Virus record (IMG/VR): IMGVR_UViG_3300027763_000026 | DNA from: a virus | Reading direction: 5' to 3' (one strand) | Length of the DNA stretch: 64,000 nucleotides | In this document: positions 21,665 through 32,603 of the stretch, one piece after another | Layout of the letters: each line of letters starts with the position of its first letter | Numbering within the stretch: position 1 is the stretch's first letter | Made by a program: the position numbers and the translations under genes | The notes under the pieces: model-generated | Database searches by the model: none | What the model saw: the letters and a program-made list of their open reading frames with translations, nothing else | Told to the model about the DNA's origin: nothing

Positions 21665-22611
21665 TATCCCTTAACAAACCTTCCAGTATGAGGGTCACGC
21701 TTATTGTGATAATTAGCTTTAAGTGTGCCATCAGTTCCCCAATCTGGAATATCATCATCCTCATCTTCATCCTCATCGGGGTCTACATAATACATTTCTT
21801 GCATAGCTTCGATAGCTTCTGGACGATATGGATGAATATAATTTCCGTAAGTAATATCATAAAGTTCTTTGTCAAGAGATTTACGATATAGTGCAACAAC
21901 TTCTAATTTAGATGCACGAAGTTTCTGACATTCACAATCGTTTGGAACAGAAACTACATCAGCAGGGTTGATCTTAACTATCACAAGATTACCACCACCA
22001 TTGAAGCTCTTTGCATATTCCTCTGAGCCAGCGTGATAACCAGCAGAACAACCAATATCTGCATCATCGCAAACTTGATTTCTGGTCATCTCACGGACTT
22101 GGCCGATAGCAAAATTGTGTTTGCCACTATACCAATCAGTAAAATCATTTCTAACGCTCTTGTATGCAAGAAAATCGCCATCTGGTGTGAGAGGCATTTT
22201 CTTATGCTCCAAGAATTTATAGAGTTCATTAACTGCTCTGCGAGAAGGATTTGCCATTAGCTTATCAAGAAACTTAACAAGAGGCTCATAAGGCAAACCA
22301 TTCTTAATAAAGTTCAAGATTCTATCTACAACAATATTATGAATTTCCTCGCCAGCATAAGTTACAAGCCCATCACGAACTTCGATTTTGCCGTGAGAGA
22401 ATCGTGCAATAGCTTTGCTCTTGTCGAGAATATCTGGAAGATCATTAAACCTTCCTTCTCTGATTGCGTTGATAGCGTCTTTCCAAATTGGATTTTCGCT
22501 AGTGATAGTCTTGGGCTCATCGTTAAGAACGATGGTAAGACTCCGATCTGTTAATATGTATGGTATTTTCATTTCTTCTAATTTATACTCCTTTTTAGTT
22601 TTTGTCAACAA
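21664..22611 (-). CDS. rIIB: T4 rIIB-like protein
   Basis: LYKFLEH...PLTPDGDFLAYKSVR...VCDD...CSAGYH...INPADVVSVP.D; directly downstream of the rIIA-like gene. Confidence 0.8.
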   Translation of the reverse strand: MLTKTKKEYKLEEMKIPYILTDRSLTIVLNDEPKTITSENPIWKDAINAIREGRFNDLPDILDKSKAIARFSHGKIEVRDGLVTYAGEEIHNIVVDRILNFIKNGLPYEPLVKFLDKLMANPSRRAVNELYKFLEHKKMPLTPDGDFLAYKSVRNDFTDWYSGKHNFAIGQVREMTRNQVCDDADIGCSAGYHAGSEEYAKSFNGGGNLVIVKINPADVVSVPNDCECQKLRASKLEVVALYRKSLDKELYDITYGNYIHPYRPEAIEAMQEMYYVDPDEDEDEDDDIPDWGTDGTLKANYHNKRDPHTGRFVKG

Positions 22612-24793
22612 GATTTATGTAATTTAAAATCTTTGTCATTTCTGGTTTGCTATTGTAATGCCACCCATAAGTATGAGGGACAAATACATCTAGCACTTCA
22701 TATCTGCTTCGCATACTCTTTAAGAGAGTATTCAAATCATAACTTGGATTGACTTGATCGAATTTAATATCAATTTCAGCCAATTTTAAAAACTCAAGAG
22801 CTTCGCCAACCTTCTTAAAGTTCGATTTTGCGTAAAACATAATCGCACTTAAATATTGGGCAAACTCTGAATTTTCATTTTGAATAAGTTCGTGCAAACT
22901 TTTCTTGTGCATATCTTGAACAACATCAGCAAAGTTATTATCTTCTTTAGTGTGTTTATCCCAATGATTCTTGTCTGTGATTTGCTGTGATAGTTTAGAA
23001 TACTCGTTGCGGATTCCATCTTCGAGATGCTTCCAAAGGCTTGTAAGATTTTTATTTTTAGTAATAATCTTTTTCTTAGATTCAAAAGTTTTAGATTTGA
23101 TTCCATAAACTTCTGGAAGTTTCTCGCCAGTAAGTTCTTCATACTTCTCAAGAATTTCTTTTAGAGTTCCATTTCTAAATTCGTGTTCCTTGCCTTGGGC
23201 TTGGAAGTTGCTGATTTCTACATAGATAGCAGTATCGTTAGCTAAATCCATACTCATAGTTTCCCAATGAGAAGATTTTGTTCCCCAATTTTTCGCATCC
23301 TTACGATTAAACTTAAAGATTTGAGAAGAATGTTTTGGATTCTTACTGGTTACAACGCTAGTTCCAGAGTTGATTTTCTGAATAGTAATCTTCTCATAAT
23401 CAGATAGATTCAAATAGTTTTCAGTTACAAGACCAAGTTCCTTGTTAAAGGCATCTTTTGTCGCTTGATCTGCGAATGTAAATACATAAGCACCATCAAT
23501 CTTGTCTCCTAGTTCATTCCAAAGAGTAGCAAGACGATGAGTTACTCCCATAGCTGAACCAGTATCATTAACTAAAATCTTGTGAGTCTTTTCGCAAAGA
23601 ATCCTTTTATCTTCACTTTCAGAATTTAGCTTTGTGCTTCTACGAGATTTTTGGTAAAACTTAGAAACTAATTTACCATTCTCAATCATCTTCGCAATCT
23701 TATCATTGAAATCAATATGATTATCATTAATAGCCTTGTTATTCCAAGTTACTTTGTTACTTAAGGAATTACGAACAATGTAGCCCAAACTACCATAAGT
23801 ACCAAACACTTCATTGTAAAGAGATTTAGCATCATAGACATTTGTAGAATCTTTAAATTGTTGGGAGATAGACTCTGCCATTTCTTTCTTAATCTTGCGA
23901 AACTTGTCTCTAATAGCTTTCTTGGTTTTTTCTGTATATTCTAGATTCTCTCTGCTCGCAGTAATATCTAGTTCGCCAAGATCAAACTCAACTTCAAATC
24001 CTTGGCTACAAATACTTTGCTCATCACAATCTTCTTTGAATTGCACATCGCTAGTCTCAATAGGATAACCAACTCCCATAATAGCAACAGATTCTCTACC
24101 ATAGCTAGAGTTATTATAATAAGCCCAGCCATTACCTTTAAATACTGGTGTGCGATCATAGACTTCTGATAAATCTTCTTTTCTTGCACCCTTGATAAGT
24201 GGCTTGTTCTTAAAGTATTTAAACAATTCTTTAGCAGTAGACAAGAATGTTTCTGTATCTTCTTCTTTGATTGGAACAGAAATTAATACGCCAGAAGGTT
24301 CAGAAGATTTTTCTTCTTTGAGCTTTACGATTTTACCGATTTTTGTTTCATCAATAAAAGCATTATAGGTTGTCTTGATTCCTTTGTGGTAAGAAACTAG
24401 AACGAAGTTATCACCATAACTAAATGGTGCAAACTTTCCAATGCCATAATATCCAATAGCAGAATTACTTTCTCGCTTTGTGGATTCACCATAGAAACAA
24501 TAAAGATTCTTAATATCATCAGAAGAAAGACCATTACCAAAATCTCTGATAGTTAAAGTAGGGTCTAGCTTTGTAGGAAGTTTAACTTCAAAAGGACGCT
24601 TGCTTTTTGCTTCGATATTAGCGTCTTGTGCATTACAAGAAACTTCACGCAAAACTGCGAGAGGCTTGTTGGAATACAACTGGTTACGAAGGATGTTAAA
24701 GATATAAGGCAAGCCACTTTGTTTGATTCCGAAACTTACGGACTCAAACTTTTCTGACTCGACCACATTGATTGTTTTTTCTAGTAATTTCAT
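22595..24793 (-). CDS. rIIA: T4 rIIA-like protein with an N-terminal GHKL/HATPase domain
   Basis: LYSNKPLAVLREVSCNAQDA...IRDFGNGL...YGESTK...GYYGIGKFAPFSY. Confidence 0.85.
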   Translation of the reverse strand: MKLLEKTINVVESEKFESVSFGIKQSGLPYIFNILRNQLYSNKPLAVLREVSCNAQDANIEAKSKRPFEVKLPTKLDPTLTIRDFGNGLSSDDIKNLYCFYGESTKRESNSAIGYYGIGKFAPFSYGDNFVLVSYHKGIKTTYNAFIDETKIGKIVKLKEEKSSEPSGVLISVPIKEEDTETFLSTAKELFKYFKNKPLIKGARKEDLSEVYDRTPVFKGNGWAYYNNSSYGRESVAIMGVGYPIETSDVQFKEDCDEQSICSQGFEVEFDLGELDITASRENLEYTEKTKKAIRDKFRKIKKEMAESISQQFKDSTNVYDAKSLYNEVFGTYGSLGYIVRNSLSNKVTWNNKAINDNHIDFNDKIAKMIENGKLVSKFYQKSRRSTKLNSESEDKRILCEKTHKILVNDTGSAMGVTHRLATLWNELGDKIDGAYVFTFADQATKDAFNKELGLVTENYLNLSDYEKITIQKINSGTSVVTSKNPKHSSQIFKFNRKDAKNWGTKSSHWETMSMDLANDTAIYVEISNFQAQGKEHEFRNGTLKEILEKYEELTGEKLPEVYGIKSKTFESKKKIITKNKNLTSLWKHLEDGIRNEYSKLSQQITDKNHWDKHTKEDNNFADVVQDMHKKSLHELIQNENSEFAQYLSAIMFYAKSNFKKVGEALEFLKLAEIDIKFDQVNPSYDLNTLLKSMRSRYEVLDVFVPHTYGWHYNSKPEMTKILNYINLVDKN

Positions 24794-24854
24794 ATTCTTA
24801 ATATAAATGAATTTTAATTTAGAGTCAAACAGATTTTATAAAATATTTTCTTTG

Positions 24855-25244
24855 TCAAGCGTTAAATTCTGCAAACTCTTGAGGCACAACAACATTTGAA
24901 GGATAAGAAATAAACATAGGAGCAATATCTTTAATAGTATATCCAGCTAAACCGCAACCGATCTTGGTTACTAAGAAATCTTTTAGAGGATAAGTCTTTG
25001 CTACATCTAGAAATTCATTTACATAAAATTTAATATATCTTAACGGCAAAGCATTTAAGTTATGATCTTTCGTAGGAATAGCATAGCTCTTTCCTTGAAG
25101 TCCAACTCCTTGTCCCCATCTTGCACCAAATTTATCTAATGCTAATTTAGCAGTTCCTCCAGCGTGGATACCAAATAGATTTGAGCCAAATACAAATACT
25201 TGGCAATCAGCAAGAGATTGAATATTTTCTGGTGTGTATTTCAT
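24855..25244 (-). CDS. A1S_2505-like phage protein (start refined to MKYTPENI)
   Basis: FVFGSNLFGIHAGGTA...GQGVGLQGKSYAIPTK...VTKIGCGLAG. Confidence 0.55.
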   Translation of the reverse strand: MKYTPENIQSLADCQVFVFGSNLFGIHAGGTAKLALDKFGARWGQGVGLQGKSYAIPTKDHNLNALPLRYIKFYVNEFLDVAKTYPLKDFLVTKIGCGLAGYTIKDIAPMFISYPSNVVVPQEFAEFNA

Positions 25245-25245
25245 T

Positions 25246-25503
25246 TTATTCGTGGTGTTTGCAACCTTGATGTTCAAAAGTTAAGAGTCCACATCTATGA
25301 CTTTTACTATTACAGCATACTCCCCAATCGTTTCCAAGGTCACTTTCTAAATTCAAATAATGCTTACAACCCATAGAACAATCTGGATAATTTTCGTTTT
25401 CGTTTTCCCATCTAATTACTTTGCCAAAAGGTTCATAATCTTCTTCTTTCTTAATTACTATCTCAAGTAAGTGATCGTGATTATTCATATTTGTCTCTAT
25501 CAA
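25246..25503 (-). CDS. Small Cys-rich hypothetical protein
   Basis: CSMGCKHY...WGVCCN...GLLTFEHQGC. Confidence 0.55.
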   Translation of the reverse strand: MIETNMNNHDHLLEIVIKKEEDYEPFGKVIRWENENENYPDCSMGCKHYLNLESDLGNDWGVCCNSKSHRCGLLTFEHQGCKHHE

Positions 25504-26593
25504 TATTTATGACATAAGGAAATCTTGGCACTTGATCTGGAGTATAATTAAAAAACTTAATTGTTGCAGTTTTACCTACCAAAGTATTTCTTTCTTTATA
25601 GACTTCTTTAAGATAACCAAAATCACCTTTGATATTACTCTTAAAGTATTTTCCTTGAGCGTTCACAAACTCCATATATCCAGCAGTTCCTTTACGATTG
25701 CCTTCACCTTCTTGGACTCCTTTGATAATAAATTCAGCGTCCATAAATTCTTTTCGCTTGAGAAGAAACTTACTACGCTTATTTTCATAAGGTCTATTTA
25801 GTCTAACCATTTGACCTTCGTAACCTTGTTCCATATACATTTCATAGGCTTGAGTTAATTCTTCTTCTTTGCTTACTTTTAAAGTAGTAACAATAACGAT
25901 GCTAGTGTATTTTCTTTTGGTAAGAGCATTAGAAACCATTTCATATCTCTCATAGAATAAATCTTTCTCATTTAATAAACCGATTCTAGGAGCATCATAA
26001 ACCCAATATTGAATACTATCTGCACTCTCTTCTAATTCTTTATCGTCTGGCTTAGTTCTTTTAACCAAGCTACAAATCTTATTAAAATCATTAGCAAACT
26101 TATCACAATATAATTCACCATCAAGAATTGCATTAGGATAATCTTTAAAGAATAAATCTAAATGTTGGCGAATGTGAGGAGCAGAAATAATCTTCTTGCC
26201 GTTTCTGCTAAACATTCCATCCTTTGTTACAATACAACGAATACCATCAAGTTTAGGTTGGCTATAAACTGGATAATTAATTTCGTGATCTTCATACTTT
26301 TGAGCAAGCATTGGCTCAAAGTATTGAACCTTATTAATATCTTTGATAGATTCAAAATAACCAGATTCTAATTTCTTCTTGCGTTTTGCTTCTGCTTCTT
26401 TGATTGCTTGTTCTTCTGGAGTTGTGGCGTTTGCTTTACCACCATTTTTAATTTCGCAATCGCTCCAATTATTTGTAATTTTTTCTCCATCAGTTTGTCC
26501 AGAGATTGTGCGATATTGATTTCCCTTGACTTCAATAGTCCACTCTTGGACTTTGCCAGTCTTTGTCTTTTTATAAATTGTAGGTAACTTCAT
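25481..26593 (-). CDS. ATP-dependent DNA ligase
   Basis: QPKLDGIRC, LDGELY, YEGQMVR, LLKRKEF motifs; TTGACA-N17-TAAACT-N6-ATG. Confidence 0.92.
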   Translation of the reverse strand: MKLPTIYKKTKTGKVQEWTIEVKGNQYRTISGQTDGEKITNNWSDCEIKNGGKANATTPEEQAIKEAEAKRKKKLESGYFESIKDINKVQYFEPMLAQKYEDHEINYPVYSQPKLDGIRCIVTKDGMFSRNGKKIISAPHIRQHLDLFFKDYPNAILDGELYCDKFANDFNKICSLVKRTKPDDKELEESADSIQYWVYDAPRIGLLNEKDLFYERYEMVSNALTKRKYTSIVIVTTLKVSKEEELTQAYEMYMEQGYEGQMVRLNRPYENKRSKFLLKRKEFMDAEFIIKGVQEGEGNRKGTAGYMEFVNAQGKYFKSNIKGDFGYLKEVYKERNTLVGKTATIKFFNYTPDQVPRFPYVINIDRDKYE

Positions 26594-26624
26594 AGTCTCA
26601 GTTTATACTGGACTAGCCAACTTG

Positions 26625-26864
26625 TCAAATTTTGTTTTTTTTTGATTTAGAAGGAGTTGCGACTTTAATCAAACTCCAAGAACCATCTTTGTTATCTTGC
26701 CAATCAATCGTATCACCGATTTTCCATCCCATCTTTTTAATTAAAGAATCTGGTAATTCAATATATTGGTATCCATCTTTCTCTTTGACTTCTAAAATAT
26801 GAGGTTTTTTCATCTTGGCGTTAAAACCTTTATTAAGGTTTTTATACCTTTCCATTGTAGCCAA
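26625..26864 (-). CDS. AbrB/MazE/SpoVT-type DNA-binding protein
   Basis: YIELPDSLIKKMGWKIGDTIDW. Confidence 0.7.
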   Translation of the reverse strand: MATMERYKNLNKGFNAKMKKPHILEVKEKDGYQYIELPDSLIKKMGWKIGDTIDWQDNKDGSWSLIKVATPSKSKKNKI

Positions 26865-27457
26865 TTTAAGAAACTTATAATACGATTAATTACATTATAG
26901 ACCTTCCATTCAATTTTTTCAAAAGTTCTAACATAATAATTAAAATAAAGACTATAAACTGGACACTTCATTTTTGTTTTGTGATCGTCCATTTTTTTAA
27001 AAAAATTCTCATCGGATTCTATTCTGTCTTTAGATGAGTGTCTTTCTATTGGAGTAATTAAAGATATCTCTGTAAGCAATCCTTTTACTACAACGCATTT
27101 CCAGTCTGGAAAAAGATCATAGCTTTCTTTTGTTTCGCCATAAATATAATTTCCGAAAGTGAATGTGCCAGTATAATCATCTCTAAAAACTTCTTCTCTA
27201 TTATCCTCTACCCATTTATTTTTATTAAAAAATTCGCCAAATCTACTATTATCTTTTACATAGTCTGGATTATCTTCCCAATGACCAGTTATTTTTAATT
27301 CAAATAACCTATAATCACGGATAATATAAGTAACCATTACATTATCCTCTAATTCTTTTGTTTGATATTCTTCTTTCTTAAAGTCAATATTAAGAGTTTT
27401 CAATTCCTCATTAAGAGGTAAATCTTGCTCAACTTTGATATAATTAAACATACCCAT
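26810..27457 (-). CDS. Conserved phage hypothetical protein
   Basis: MGMFNYIK...YQTKELED pattern; ORF. Confidence 0.55.
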   Translation of the reverse strand: MGMFNYIKVEQDLPLNEELKTLNIDFKKEEYQTKELEDNVMVTYIIRDYRLFELKITGHWEDNPDYVKDNSRFGEFFNKNKWVEDNREEVFRDDYTGTFTFGNYIYGETKESYDLFPDWKCVVVKGLLTEISLITPIERHSSKDRIESDENFFKKMDDHKTKMKCPVYSLYFNYYVRTFEKIEWKVYNVINRIISFLNWLQWKGIKTLIKVLTPR

Positions 27458-27473
27458 ATACTTATATTACTCT

Positions 27474-28142
27474 TTATTTAATTTTTGTCAATGTTATCTT
27501 ACCTTTTTTATCTATAACAATGTAACCGCATTGATTTTCACAAAAACTACCAGTATTTATATACTTATCATCATCTTCTGGAAGATGAGTATGCCCACAG
27601 ATTATCTTATCATATCCATTAATATTGATATAATTCAAGGCATTTTGTTTAATATCCGAACTTTTCTCTACAAAATCGTTTGTGTGGTGTTTAAATAATT
27701 TAAAGAAATCTTCTGCAAATGGCGTATTATGTCTGATAAAGTAATATACCTTAATAATAAGATTAGTAATCCATTTATATTTTGTAAAGTAAATATCAAA
27801 TATATCTCCGTGAACAACTAATACTTTACTATCTTTTAATTCTATGATATGTTCATCTTTGCAATTAAAGCCAAGAAGAATACTCATAAACTCTGCTTTA
27901 AGAAAACAATGATTGCCAATCAAATAAATTATCTTGCATTTTTTAGAAAGTTTGCGTAATTTAGATAATACCTTCCAATGAGTTTTATTTAACCTATGTA
28001 AATTGTGATGGTCAAAAAGATCGCCAGCAATTATAATTGTTTTTGCTTTATTCTGTTTTAATACTTTTAAAAGTATTTCAGCTTTACAATCTTTATCTCC
28101 TAAATGAATGTCTGATACGATTAAATATTTATTCATTACCAA
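27474..28142 (-). CDS. Calcineurin-like metallophosphoesterase (LpxH/YbbF-like)
   Basis: SDIHLG, GDLFD, GNH, HGDIFD, GHTH, NTGSF. Confidence 0.85.
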   Translation of the reverse strand: MVMNKYLIVSDIHLGDKDCKAEILLKVLKQNKAKTIIIAGDLFDHHNLHRLNKTHWKVLSKLRKLSKKCKIIYLIGNHCFLKAEFMSILLGFNCKDEHIIELKDSKVLVVHGDIFDIYFTKYKWITNLIIKVYYFIRHNTPFAEDFFKLFKHHTNDFVEKSSDIKQNALNYININGYDKIICGHTHLPEDDDKYINTGSFCENQCGYIVIDKKGKITLTKIK

Positions 28143-28523
28143 TGATGTATTGCATTGATTATAAGCACTATATTAGCAATTACTCCAAGGATAACTATAA
28201 ACATTTCGTATGGTCTATTAGTCATAAATAAAATTTACTATTTCTTGATGGTTGCTTTTTGTTTTTTTGTAACAATTTATAGGCCAAATGCTTTCTTAAC
28301 CAAGAGTCATTAATATGACTAAAATGGCTTTGTGCTTCTATGAAATTCATTTGTTTTTCGGCTTCTTTTTCTCCAATTTTTTTTTGCCTCAAGTGTTTTT
28401 TTTCACGATTAAAAAGTTTATCAAGTTCTGATTTATACATTGTTGGATTTTTTTGTTTAGCGAATCTCATAAAAGGATCTCGCTCTAATTCTTTTTGTAG
28501 CCTTTGAAGTATTTTTTTATTTT

Positions 28524-29423
28524 TCATAATTTTGCAAAAGATTGTTCTTTCATTTTTAATTCAAAATCAACATCTATATTATCATAACCATAAGTATTAG
28601 GCAAGGACTTTGCGTAGTCTGCGTGTTTGCGTGGATTCTTATGACCATCAATGCTTTCTGAATAATGAAATAGTGGAGTATGATTACCCCAAGTAATTCG
28701 TGCAAGATGAAATGCTTCTTCTTCTGATAGATTGTCTGGATGGCATTTGTGATGAAGATAATCAAAAGTAATAGGAATATTAGAAACAGAATGAAAATAC
28801 TTCATAAGTTTCTTAACTGACCAGCAAGTATCTTTATCATCATTTTCTATTACTAATCTAGACTTAACATCATCTGATAGTCTTTGAAAGTTGCTCATAA
28901 ACTTTTTAACTATATCATTTAGATTGCCCTTGGAATTATGTATGTGCATATTCATAGGTGCATCATAGTTTAGTGGACAACCGATTTGCGTCATAAACCA
29001 ACCATAGTGATTTAATTCTTTTATTGTTTTAGTGATTGCATTTTCATTATCACTTGCAAGAACATTAAATTCACTAGGATGGCAAGATACTCTAACATTC
29101 CTAGATTGAATAAGATGTTTGATAGTATCAAATGATACTAATATTTTATGATAGTCTGGTAAATCTTCTAGCTTTACATTTGCTTTGTCATAAGTGATAA
29201 GAGGAAATAGATCAGAAGAAATTCTGTAAGTATGATTATGGTCTGCACAATACTTTATGTATTGATAAGTAGTAGTCATATTATTTAATATTCTAGAAGA
29301 TAAGGTAGAAAGAGCTTCTTTCCTATCCATAGACGAGAAACGAGCATAAGTCATAGTATTGAACTTGATAGGATGATCTTGTTCAGTTAGACTTAATACA
29401 ATACAACAAACTCCTTTTCTCAT
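28524..29423 (-). CDS. uvsE: UV-damage endonuclease
   Basis: YRISSDLFPL, SCHPSEF, IHN, LVIENDD, FDYLHH, PLFHYSES, HADY, DFELKMKE. Confidence 0.9.
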   Translation of the reverse strand: MRKGVCCIVLSLTEQDHPIKFNTMTYARFSSMDRKEALSTLSSRILNNMTTTYQYIKYCADHNHTYRISSDLFPLITYDKANVKLEDLPDYHKILVSFDTIKHLIQSRNVRVSCHPSEFNVLASDNENAITKTIKELNHYGWFMTQIGCPLNYDAPMNMHIHNSKGNLNDIVKKFMSNFQRLSDDVKSRLVIENDDKDTCWSVKKLMKYFHSVSNIPITFDYLHHKCHPDNLSEEEAFHLARITWGNHTPLFHYSESIDGHKNPRKHADYAKSLPNTYGYDNIDVDFELKMKEQSFAKL

Positions 29424-29708
29424 ACTATAAGAATACTACTTTTTGATAACTCTGTCAAGAGTCTATATATTACTCGTAAATATATACTGCTGAACCATCT
29501 TTGTTTTTTAATTCCTTTTTAATCAACCCTTTATGTTTTTTAGTTTTCCATTTTATACTATCATAGTTATTTTTAAAACTATTAGAGAAACAATTTCTTG
29601 GTTTGCTTCCTTTTCCAGCCCCTATATTTGGCCGATTATCATTCATATTTGGACTTTTTTGATTCATATTTGGACTTTTCTTGTTAGTAAATAGATTTCT
29701 TTTATGTT

Positions 29709-30305
29709 TTAAATATTAGTTTTCTTAAAGACCATCCCTTGATTTTTATTTCCTATGAATTTATAAAAAGTTGCATGATTGCTTAAGACCTCCTTAGTGT
29801 GTGGAGGGTTTCCCCATTTACAATGTACATCTTCTATAATATAATATCCATTTACTTTTAATTTTTCCCATAAAATAAAAAAAGATAGTATTTGATCCGA
29901 GCTTATATGAGTTCCATCGTCAATTATAACATCACAATTAGGGATAGAATTTTTCAATTTATATAAATCATCTTTATTTGACTGATTTCCTTTCGTAAAA
30001 TGAAATCTATCGTTCTTTAATAAATCTTCTGGAGCATCCCCAATATCAAACCCATATATTTGGGCTTCTGGTAATAAAGTCAGGAATGCTCTAATTGAAC
30101 AACAAGCCCCGTCCCATGTTGCTGTTGTACCAATTCCAATTTCTAATAAAGCCTTGGTGTTTCTTGGTATGAGCTCTTCATAAGATTTTGTATATTCATG
30201 TGCTTGCCCAAAAGTTCCCTTATCGCTTCTACAATTATTGAATAGTGATTCTAAATCTGTTACATTCAAATATTGATTGGTCTTTTCCACAAATGGCGAT
30301 TCCAT
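29709..30305 (-). CDS. Class I SAM-dependent O-methyltransferase-like protein
   Basis: LLEIGIG, YGFDI, VIIDDGTH, GYYIIEDVH. Confidence 0.75.
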   Translation of the reverse strand: MESPFVEKTNQYLNVTDLESLFNNCRSDKGTFGQAHEYTKSYEELIPRNTKALLEIGIGTTATWDGACCSIRAFLTLLPEAQIYGFDIGDAPEDLLKNDRFHFTKGNQSNKDDLYKLKNSIPNCDVIIDDGTHISSDQILSFFILWEKLKVNGYYIIEDVHCKWGNPPHTKEVLSNHATFYKFIGNKNQGMVFKKTNI

Positions 30306-30333
30306 ATATTAAAAACTTTTTCACTGGCAAATC

Positions 30334-30630
30334 TTACTTCTTAAAATCCCCAAGATCACGATCAAAAGAAAATTTTCCAGGTTTTTCTACAAGACCTTCA
30401 TATGTCTCTTCTGTGCATCCTGCCATTTCAGTAAATGGTGCTACTACTGCAAAAATTCCAAATGCACCAATAGTTGCTGCGGTCGAAATTGGACGAACAA
30501 GCACAAGATCTCCTGCTGATAGAAAGCCGTCTGCTACTGGAGTAGATTGATCCGCTGTGCCAGAATCGGCAAGAGTAAAAGAGGCAGAAATTAGAATGAG
30601 ACTTAGCACTGTATTTTTGATTTTATTCAT
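30334..30630 (-). CDS. Bacterial-type small secreted/membrane protein (start refined to MNKIK)
   Basis: Signal peptide; DLVLVRP...PF...LVEKPGKFSFDRDLG; TTGACA-N17-TATAAT-N7-ATG. Confidence 0.55.
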   Translation of the reverse strand: MNKIKNTVLSLILISASFTLADSGTADQSTPVADGFLSAGDLVLVRPISTAATIGAFGIFAVVAPFTEMAGCTEETYEGLVEKPGKFSFDRDLGDFKK

Positions 30631-31025
30631 ATTAGTAATTATATGTAGATCTTGTGATCTTGTCAACTATATTTGGGATTTTCTTATTAGCAAATAGGAG
30701 TGCGGGTTTTTGCTATTAAGCGAAAAATTAATAATTATTTTCTGCAACCTCATTTACATGCTCTTTAATTAAATTATATAGTCTCACTTCTTCTTTGTTT
30801 GCTTGTCTTTCTATTTTAGAGAGATCATTAAATTTATATTCTTTGAGTTGATGATGTTTAAAGTGATATATAGTTTTATTTGAATAAGAACTATTCGTAA
30901 ATCTGATATATCTAAATGGTAATTCCTCGCCTCTGATCTTGTAAAGCGTTCCTAACATTGGTTGAATTTCTTCTTCTGGGAAAATACCATCAATAAAATT
31001 TAATATTTTGACCCAATTCATATTT

Positions 31026-31766
31026 TTAATTTGGTTTTCCGCATATCTCCCATATGCTCTGAATTGAATCGTACACTTTATTTAAAATAATTCCAACAAA
31101 TTTATCTTTAATTCCATCAATGAACTTTTTGCACCTTACGCTATTCCTTATATAATCTTCGTAATCTGCAATGACTAGAGTCATGTCTACTTCAAGTGAA
31201 AATATTTTTGCATTTTTAAAAAATCCAATTGGCGGAGAATCTACAGCAATTAAATCATAATCTAATTTACACATTTCTAAAAGTGAATGAAAATTATCGC
31301 TATCTAACAGATGGTTAAAGTCTTTATTTCCGCTAGTCAGCATATATAAATTTAAAATTGGCGTGGTTTTAATTAATTTATTTAATGGAATTCGAGAGCC
31401 TAGCCATTCTCCGAGCCCAGGAGAATTTTCAATTTTTAAAAAATTTTCAATAGAGTCTGCGCCTTGAATATCTCCATTTATTATTAATACTTTCATCCCA
31501 TTTTCCGAACATCTTTTAGCTAAATTAAATAAAACTGTAGACTTGCCTTGTTCTGGCCTTTCGCTAGTTATTGTAATTGTTTTGCAATTTGTTTTAGATT
31601 TTTTTAAATTTAATTTTCCAATAAGGCTTTCATACGCCTTTATTGACTCTAATTCTGATTCTTTTAAAATAAAAGGGTGATCTGTTTTTGGAAATCTAGC
31701 TAAAATATTAAAAGTTTCTTCAAAACTATTCATTATAAATGATATGATAATCTCGGCTTTTATCAA
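31026..31766 (-). CDS. CpsD/CapB (Wzc-type) BY-kinase-like P-loop protein lacking the Tyr cluster
   Basis: TITITSERPEQGKST, VLIINGD, GLGEWL, LYMLTSG, IAVDSPP, GIILN. Confidence 0.75.
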   Translation of the reverse strand: MIKAEIIISFIMNSFEETFNILARFPKTDHPFILKESELESIKAYESLIGKLNLKKSKTNCKTITITSERPEQGKSTVLFNLAKRCSENGMKVLIINGDIQGADSIENFLKIENSPGLGEWLGSRIPLNKLIKTTPILNLYMLTSGNKDFNHLLDSDNFHSLLEMCKLDYDLIAVDSPPIGFFKNAKIFSLEVDMTLVIADYEDYIRNSVRCKKFIDGIKDKFVGIILNKVYDSIQSIWEICGKPN

Positions 31767-31799
31767 ATTTATTTTTGCATATATTACGATTTGACCGCA

Positions 31800-32603
31800 T
31801 TATTGTTCTTTTAAAAAGTTTAGTGTCTCAACGTCATTATTCTCTTCTGCGGCTTTTTTAAATTCAGCATAATTTAAAATTTTATCTTGCGTTTTGTAGA
31901 TATTTATCTTTTTATGATTTCCAACATCGCCGTTTTTTCTAACATCAATAAAATTTTGAAAATTTAAATCTAAGAGATCAAATATTTTTTTAAAACATTC
32001 GATAAATTTTTCTCCAAAAAAATCTTCATATGTTATATAAATATATTGTAAATTATAATCTTTTATAACTTTTAAGTTGTATTTAAGATCTCTTTTAATT
32101 TTTTTATTATATTTAATATATTCATCGTAGTCTATTTCTACGGGGTTCAATTTATATACTTTTTTGAATTTAGGATGTCTTGTGCTATTGGTAAAAATGC
32201 CTATTGATCTTGCGGTTAATAAGGATATATATTTTAATAAAATATTTTTTCTTTCTAATATGATAATTTTAGTGTTATTTTCTTTTAAATAATTTAAATA
32301 GATTTCATTATTAGGAAAAGCTTTAAAATGTTTTGGAAAAAATTTATAACCAAAAATTTTTTTATTTGATTTTTCTGAAAGTTTATTTAAAAAATCTTTA
32401 AAATTTTCGTTTCTATTTTTTTGCCACATTGAATGGTCTTCGCCAAGGAAATCTTTCATATTTATTTTTATATATTTTACGTCAAGAATATTGCTTTTAA
32501 AGATCTCTTTTAAACAAAAAATGTCTTTTTGTGCATTTAAAGCAGAAGTTAAAGCTCCAGAACCAGTTCTATGACTAGCAAAAATAACAAAATTTGATTT
32601 CAT
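31800..32603 (-). CDS. Sulfotransferase (Stf0-like)
   Basis: FVIFASHRTGS...IIILERKNILLKYISL. Confidence 0.65.
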   Translation of the reverse strand: MKSNFVIFASHRTGSGALTSALNAQKDIFCLKEIFKSNILDVKYIKINMKDFLGEDHSMWQKNRNENFKDFLNKLSEKSNKKIFGYKFFPKHFKAFPNNEIYLNYLKENNTKIIILERKNILLKYISLLTARSIGIFTNSTRHPKFKKVYKLNPVEIDYDEYIKYNKKIKRDLKYNLKVIKDYNLQYIYITYEDFFGEKFIECFKKIFDLLDLNFQNFIDVRKNGDVGNHKKINIYKTQDKILNYAEFKKAAEENNDVETLNFLKEQ

